From a virus (Duplodnaviria; Caudoviricetes): a stretch of DNA of 31,460 bases. The stretch lies in IMG/VR virus record IMGVR_UViG_3300049070_000051, positions 1 through 31,460 of that record; one strand, 5' to 3'. The first letter of the stretch is position 1. The number at the start of each line of letters is the position of its first letter. A program made the translations under genes and the position numbers. Below, one piece after another: positions 27,801 through 31,460 of this stretch. The notes beneath the pieces are model-generated. The model was not told the origin of the DNA, ran no database searches, and worked only from the letters and a program-made list of their open reading frames with translations.

Positions 27801-28447
27801 GTTGGTACAAGAGAACACCTATCGAAGTTCGTAAAATGTATTTCAAGGACATGGCTGCTTTCACTGTTGCAGGCGTTGCGCTGATGGGATTGTCGAAACT
27901 TGCGTTGGGCGACGATCTGGAAACAGACCCACGCAGCACAGATTTCTTGAAGTATAAATCCGGCAATGAACGTATTGATGTGTTGGGCGGGTTCCAACAG
28001 TACCTACGCGTAATTGCACAAGTATTGTCTGGCGAAAAAGTACGCAACGGGAAGGTGACTAAACTGGACGGCAAGGGTGCATTTGGCGAAGACAAGGTAG
28101 ATGTGGCGATGCGATTTATGCGAGGCAAACTTGCGCCAAACGTTGCCCTTGCGACAGATATTATCGCAGGCCGCGACATGATGGGCAATGAAATAAAATT
28201 AACGGAATGGAATCCTGACGGGAAGAAGGAAAAGGGAATTGGCGACTTGGCTGGAACATATCTGCTACCAATGACCGCTACGGACATTAAACGTGTGTTT
28301 GATGACAAGGATATGCGGGCAGTGGGTTTGTTGGCATTGGCGGTGTTCGGGGCAAGTGTGCAGTCTTTTGACCGACCTGCGCCAAAGTCAACGGGAAGCA
28401 GCAAGCCAACAAAAGTCAAGCATCACAGACCAAAAAAATACAGTTAA
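21836..28447 (+). CDS. Giant putative ejection (cargo) protein 3, 2203 aa
   Basis: Cys-free and helical, with several Gly/Ala hydrophobic segments and a long K/E coiled coil. The C-terminal domain (DLSAPFRQG, FFSPRL, ETDPRSTDFLK, RGKLAP) is of a kind seen in large phage internal proteins. Confidence 0.65.
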   Translation: MTEELIQEAPTQEQPQQAAPPPQEPPAKRKLYDNLNGAGFYTKSYEDFDKQFSTPEKREKLYNSLSGAKYYTKSKDEFEKQFFNDPIPQEPPAPEEIPTVDTIRQLQQQADTLPKDTNVTTNMAGNQLTIVADTTGAEKQKEAQTQLTDKLADTAKEWGVDKTDLKDAVKNFPHYSDEGVKKMAQLAKENPTQYTRFVAGSLLQNTLAKAGAEVPHEVKMYDEQGHKLSSIGAANKVNQLMDVHDVAQLAQNVPLQQQLINTYTVGNAIARKDANEALRYSQAPLINTLDNTVMEEYQKSGMQGLLNKYQFAGLLTEKLFDPQQYEEDTKMLNYLGSTDGQKDSKEGVYDFKRGAEQLKWKLEASGRENDQRYLAENKIELNKNIEHLAGEVKKQIESAQTDEEKQSLVDAFNQHPMVGEMARLEGAEEDLRNAVGTDEQRFPMRATEAADRIVQEASDDDGFFGSAWKMIKRFPASAGKIADETAGWIQNAFINMLATREVQAELKIHNIGHSKSYDNLFFQPQSYSGVQRPFDIPKSVVKGVQDILNGDLPDIQKKAAAMKYVRDNQDKITVNPNAGQHNWTFKSGLNAGLDMVGAIVGIGMQSMAMGNVAGGASKIKNMITAFTPMFMSMQQDLYGKAVANGENDPYLKTTAESAIVSMAGLIGGNTPAKVLRGMLGKQKVVGRIIAGMDDQTIQSILSKNKKWVSQIGEFAKGSAKQLGLASTQYGLIAPVAETAFQRNYLGEDVDLKGKIKDGMINTWVTMAIPALFHGVQSVRATNVSPMQRLSIYEAALNSKNRLEIIALQEKAGQLSEVQAHQMRTIVERAAKALKELPGDKKMTEQKRADIVYNMVRKEALKGRLKDAKTDLHKSNIEAKIDEIDAEISDIKKAKVEEPKPEEAVEQPTANDLSPEEQKVIQAIQETMKDRTDMGGKVIYEASLDPAKQKEIIQNLLDQSVDAESFMDMANVDVLDAVYMLQEKTGQESAYKTHEELGVDTGDIGMVAPPEKKSGVSVIMPGEQRNIPTTTIEPKTVHTSSVAKVREKVSPLSEEPVSQFEGKPIAQEKVGFNKDTKGNKPFVTKSGKQKVIFRKGKMVVKNINGLPVSRATARKAVDEYFEAFEFNHGEKAKVDDNWNMFDPDIQGYVAQSSENPYEIASIYGMQQPVSMLNTKEMMIAEYGMGKFKPESFYQHGDRNLITADLAKNYFPKKNNLAEQRRAADIDATAKEMSDHYGVEITPQDIIDFMVKHEKGVEAALQMVDSDAKFLAEKSFKELTGIELTPEVAKKVIDKEYNKLSKVEQELAQQEYETAEQLQNEYWEAYEATDGFTKESSPYSVEQTGKTKEGDPAEFIGITHEQMNEVARELGLPEYEKSPEKEADWIAEAKQRVTDGEMPALLDKMRNGEMITAVEQKMIGVYAADLKAKLNKDPKNDSLLAEWKRMRNLSDIVGGRFAGQSLRARQGIMPVEETVVDFMTRNMEETNVDRLTDKQKEDNIRENEEITSAKEQYEAKIAKLEAEVAKATAERKIKEQAKKAKKNKTHEDYVADRKTLKEKLREAKLSHEQKMKDMGIHKQGIAPTLTGDMIKIIAKIIESHVDEGVNNLAHLIKKAKLEIQEELPDITDEDIRDIFTGEFNEKKSKNQLLSKRYELMMEAKLQKKLEALMATGKKAKTEKQKRIYNKEVTELKDKVKELEKQIAKEERESKEPKTVEEKEASALKAIKTRTQKQLDHIQEQLNTGNFTEDVKKNIPLDKEARELKDKLMDLKIQRETRILREKYQNQSGLEKTGQFGLELANLTRTIMSSTDLSAPFRQGLVAFVAHPIVGIKSFGKMLGAAVSQKQVDRFFYDLHNSADYHLMEQTGLGITDPLNPKLTAKEEAFMNNIAQKIPIAGTVIKGSERAYVMFLNNMRVEVFRQGKTAFEANGKTMENNPQLYKSLADHINNITGRGKLHPKLEGSAPVLNAFFFSPRLMASRLNLLTNFMNPRWYKRTPIEVRKMYFKDMAAFTVAGVALMGLSKLALGDDLETDPRSTDFLKYKSGNERIDVLGGFQQYLRVIAQVLSGEKVRNGKVTKLDGKGAFGEDKVDVAMRFMRGKLAPNVALATDIIAGRDMMGNEIKLTEWNPDGKKEKGIGDLAGTYLLPMTATDIKRVFDDKDMRAVGLLALAVFGASVQSFDRPAPKSTGSSKPTKVKHHRPKKYS
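21923..22081 (+). repeat. Two-copy protein repeat with a 30-aa period
   Basis: KLYDNLNGAGFYTKSYEDFDKQF and KLYNSLSGAKYYTKSKDEFEKQF. Confidence 0.85.
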
Positions 28448-28478
28448 TAGGAACATCTATAATAGAATTTTAACTTTG
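28447..28478 (+). promoter_or_regulatory. Probable Bacteroidota promoter for the fibre module
   Basis: Perfect -7 element TAACTTTG (28471-28478). ATAG instead of TTTG 20 nt upstream. Confidence 0.5.
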
Positions 28479-28495
28479 AAAAACCCCAATATCCA

Positions 28496-29005
28496 ATGGC
28501 ATTCAACGGCGACTTCACCATAGCTGCAACTACATCTCTTGGATCGGTATTAGTGACAGATACTTCAACCGGAACCGATGCAGGTCTGACGGGCAGACAA
28601 ATCTTCATTTACAAAGCAGACGGCGAACTATTTACGCCCGCTATTGATTGGGATATAAACGACAGTACGAAAACCGTTGCCATTCTGGACAAGGATTATG
28701 CCCTTAATATAAAGGTCGAATGGACTTCATCTGCTCCGCTTGCTGCCCCGTCCACCTATTCTGCCGAACAAATATTTGCGTACACCAAATTCGGATGGAA
28801 TGAGTATTCGCAGTTGACAAGGTTGCAGACTTCGCAGCCCGACAGCATGAGTGACAGGGATTATTACTTCTACAAGATGCAGATGGAAGTGGAACTGACA
28901 GGGGCAGAGATTGCCGTGAGTGCACTGATGGAAGATCGGTACGCCGCCCAAAGGTGTATTGACCGCAGCCAATATCTTATTCAGAAAAAACAACTCTTTT
29001 TCTAA
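28496..29005 (+). CDS. Putative tail hub / fibre-attachment structural protein
   Basis: 169 aa, beta-rich N-terminal half and helical C-terminal half. First gene of the fibre region. Assigned by position and layout only. Confidence 0.45.
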   Translation: MAFNGDFTIAATTSLGSVLVTDTSTGTDAGLTGRQIFIYKADGELFTPAIDWDINDSTKTVAILDKDYALNIKVEWTSSAPLAAPSTYSAEQIFAYTKFGWNEYSQLTRLQTSQPDSMSDRDYYFYKMQMEVELTGAEIAVSALMEDRYAAQRCIDRSQYLIQKKQLFF

Positions 29006-29889
29006 TGGCATCACAATTAAAAACAATAGCGCAAATCATTGACATCGCCAAAATCAGTCAGGTTTTGGCTGCTAATAATGTCGGTGGCGATATTTCAAAA
29101 TTCGGGAAAGCCCCAGACACCAGCATCCATACGAAAATTTATATGGAGCGCAAGGCGGTCGAATTCCTGTATGACTTTCATCCTGCCGAAAGCTACACCA
29201 GACGGGCGGCGGATTACCTGTATGCGTTGTGTTTCCCATTTAATAAAGAAGCTGAAAAAATTCAATCTGATTTAGCGCAAGATCCGCCTACGGTTACAGG
29301 ACCATCCGACGCAACCGTTGCAGAGGGCGCAACAGCTTCGTTTACCATTGTCGTTACAAGCGCACTCGCATATACTGTGAAGTGGTTTAAGGACGGCGTA
29401 CTCATACCAGGGGCAACATCAACAACATATTCATTCACCGCAGCTTTAGGCGATTCCGGCTCAAACTACAACGCAGTAGTAACCAGCGTAGCAGGAAGCG
29501 CGATAAGCGTAAATGGACTATTAACCGTGACAACAGTACTGACAGGAAGCGTGTACGTGGGCGACACCGATTACACGGCGAATCTGCTAATCGGATTTGA
29601 TAACGTGGATTACATCGACACCTTCAACATTGAAGATGGCGAACCGTTAAGTATCAGCCTGCCGACTTCAGGTGAGTTGGGCAACAACAGATTCCACGTT
29701 TACAGGTATCCGAAGGCGCAGGGCTTGAAGGTGACATGGTACAATACTCCGGTAAACAATGGTCAGATTCCGGATCAGGCGTTTATCGACGACGGCGACG
29801 GTAACATGATTGAAATAGGAGATTATTATTACATAGTGAGCAGGGGACAAATATCTGTGGATGTAACAGTACCGATGATATTTTCGTAG
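29005..29889 (+). CDS. Structural protein with an immunoglobulin I-set-like domain
   Basis: PPTVTGPSDATVAEGATASFTI...VKWFKDGVLIPGATSTTYSF....DSGSNYNAVVTS..GS......LTV at about 29284-29532. TAATG overlap with the previous gene. Confidence 0.8.
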   Translation: MASQLKTIAQIIDIAKISQVLAANNVGGDISKFGKAPDTSIHTKIYMERKAVEFLYDFHPAESYTRRAADYLYALCFPFNKEAEKIQSDLAQDPPTVTGPSDATVAEGATASFTIVVTSALAYTVKWFKDGVLIPGATSTTYSFTAALGDSGSNYNAVVTSVAGSAISVNGLLTVTTVLTGSVYVGDTDYTANLLIGFDNVDYIDTFNIEDGEPLSISLPTSGELGNNRFHVYRYPKAQGLKVTWYNTPVNNGQIPDQAFIDDGDGNMIEIGDYYYIVSRGQISVDVTVPMIFS

Positions 29890-29932
29890 GGGGCAACATA
29901 TATTTAAGTTCAATATCCAATCGTTCAAACCA

Positions 29933-31460
29933 ATGAAAAACCTTTTCTTAGTCATCGTTATGTCCATTCTGGGCATAACTGCATTCGGGCAAACCTACAA
30001 TCCAACGCTGCATGTCGCAGTAAACAAGGGATTAGGAGTGGCTACCGCCGCACCTTCAGATGCGCGTTCCATGTATTACGATGCGACAAACTTTGTGTAT
30101 CGCGCTTACGTGAATACGACAGAAGTGTTGTCCTACCTCAACCTTGCGAAGTACCGCACAGGAGCATTCGATATTATCGTCAATACTGGTGGTACGCTCA
30201 ATAGCGGTGTGATTACGGGCGGGACAAACTATGTGTATTATTTCCGCAATGGAACCGCCGACGCAAACCTTGTCCGCAAAAGCGATGTTATATCGGTAAA
30301 CGGGCAGGTGGGCATTGCCGTCGTAAAGAATGCGGACAGTTTAAGAACATTGGCAATTGATACCGGAGCAACCGCAATGCGTGATGACTATGTTGTTGCT
30401 TTTGATTCCACAAATAGGAAATGGGTGCTGGCCGAGGCAAGTTCGGGGACAACCTACACTGCCGGAACAGGCATAGACATTACAGGCAGCGTAGTAGCCG
30501 CGCTGAACAGTACTGCCTTGTGGAATGCTTCGCAGATTCGTGGCCGATCCATAGAAACCGGAACACCCGCTACAAACGAAATTTTAAAGTGGAGTGGTAC
30601 ATCATGGGATTACGCCGAAGACATTGTTGTTGATTCTGGATATATAACCGGAACAGAAGATACGGTCCGTTTGATTATTGGCAACGGCGACACGGTGAAG
30701 ATATTCAACATCGCATCCAAAGCCTATGCCGATAGTATCGTTGCCGCGATTGACCTTAACCCTACTCCGCAAACAGATCAAACGCTGGCGGGCATTGGTA
30801 CAGGTGGCAACCCATTGCGTGTTGACACACTCAACTGGATTGCGACTATCAGTATGCTAAACGATGTCAACTATCGCATAGATACGCTGACCGTTACTGG
30901 TTCCGGCATAACCGAAGTAACTGCCGACCCATATACTTTCAACGGGACGGGCATAACGGGCGACACGCTCAAGATCGATACGGCAATAATGGCGACTGTT
31001 TCTTATGTAGACAATCTGCCAGGGATTACGCCGCCTGACGGATCTGAAACAATTGTCACCGCTGGCGTGGGTATCGCCAAAGCCGGAACGGGAACAATCG
31101 CCGACCCATATATTATTACGGCAACGGGGGCGGGCACTACCAATCCGTTCAATGCGCTGGACATCCGAAATTATGGCGGTGTAGCAAATGCCGTCACACC
31201 TGCATCTGGCGCGAATGCTACCGGAACCAACAGTACGCCCGCCCTTAATGCAATGCTACTTGCGGCGGGGTCAAGCGGCACACTATGCGTCGTTCCTGAC
31301 GGTGAATGGCTGTTTTCTACTGCCCCAGATACCATTTCTACCAAGCGATTAAATCTTGTTGTCTACGGAAACACGCATCACAATCAAAATAATTTTATTG
31401 TCATCAAGAATGCTTCAGGTGCGTTTAGGCAGCACCGTTTTGCGCATTGGGGCATTGCGT
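29933..31460 (+). CDS. Fibre/tail-spike-like protein with an N-terminal signal peptide; 3' end truncated by the window (509 or more codons); absent from the ORF track
   Basis: Manual translation is open from ATG 29933 to the end: MKNLFLVIVMSILGITAFGQTYNPTLH..., then T/G-rich shaft repeats, then NALDIRNYGGVANA...NSTPALNAMLLAA...CVVPDGEWLF, which resembles the start of a pectate-lyase-like parallel beta-helix. Confidence 0.85.
   Translation, partial: MKNLFLVIVMSILGITAFGQTYNPTLHVAVNKGLGVATAAPSDARSMYYDATNFVYRAYVNTTEVLSYLNLAKYRTGAFDIIVNTGGTLNSGVITGGTNYVYYFRNGTADANLVRKSDVISVNGQVGIAVVKNADSLRTLAIDTGATAMRDDYVVAFDSTNRKWVLAEASSGTTYTAGTGIDITGSVVAALNSTALWNASQIRGRSIETGTPATNEILKWSGTSWDYAEDIVVDSGYITGTEDTVRLIIGNGDTVKIFNIASKAYADSIVAAIDLNPTPQTDQTLAGIGTGGNPLRVDTLNWIATISMLNDVNYRIDTLTVTGSGITEVTADPYTFNGTGITGDTLKIDTAIMATVSYVDNLPGITPPDGSETIVTAGVGIAKAGTGTIADPYIITATGAGTTNPFNALDIRNYGGVANAVTPASGANATGTNSTPALNAMLLAAGSSGTLCVVPDGEWLFSTAPDTISTKRLNLVVYGNTHHNQNNFIVIKNASGAFRQHRFAHWGIA

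Noticed and set aside
27697-28419. 240-aa minus-strand ORF, and the other minus-strand ORFs in the track
   Set aside because: They lie opposite well-supported + strand genes and have no recognisable motifs.
30421-30633. 70-aa ORF from the track in the last 1.5 kb
   Set aside because: It is out of frame within the long ORF starting at 29933, which the track omitted because it has no stop inside the window.
1-31460. Stop-codon reassignment, as in some crAss-like phages
   Set aside because: Long genes are intact in code 11, and TAA, TAG (4469, 9239, 14876, 29889) and TGA all end genes at sensible, coupled boundaries.
29933-31460. About eight N-x-S/T sequons in the fibre protein
   Set aside because: The protein is Asn/Thr-rich, so these are plausibly chance, and I know of no general N-glycosylation system in Bacteroidota.
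1-31460. tRNA, rRNA, CRISPR array, integrase, lysis genes or diversity-generating retroelement
   Set aside because: Intergenic gaps are about 115 nt or shorter, and I saw no cloverleaf, spaced direct repeats, recombinase, endolysin or reverse transcriptase motifs.

Overview
The window is part of a tailed dsDNA phage (or prophage) genome that most likely infects a Bacteroidota host. All credible genes are on the + strand, read in genetic code 11 and are tightly coupled, and I saw no Shine-Dalgarno motifs. Bases 1-4.5 kb hold a replication and DNA-modification block: Prim-Pol/SF4-helicase fusion, Mom-like GNAT (XF1762-like) protein, SSB and a C5-cytosine methyltransferase. Bases 4.5-31.5 kb hold a crAss-like podovirus virion module: portal, large terminase, scaffold-like protein, major capsid, ring/tube proteins, muzzle/stabilisation protein, three ejection (cargo) proteins, hub-like and Ig-domain proteins and a fibre/spike, with two free-standing HNH-type endonucleases inserted. 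The two strongest observations are these. (1) A fibre/tail-spike gene missing from the ORF track (29933 to the window end) starts with a Sec signal peptide ending in AFG|Q and is rich in Bacteroidota O-glycosylation motifs D-(S/T)-x, which suggests a host-exported, host-modified phage fibre. (2) The methyltransferase is split into two polypeptides, with the TRD and motif IX encoded by a +1-frame ORF nested entirely inside the main gene. All family assignments come from motif recognition by eye. No database searches were run, and counts are manual and approximate.
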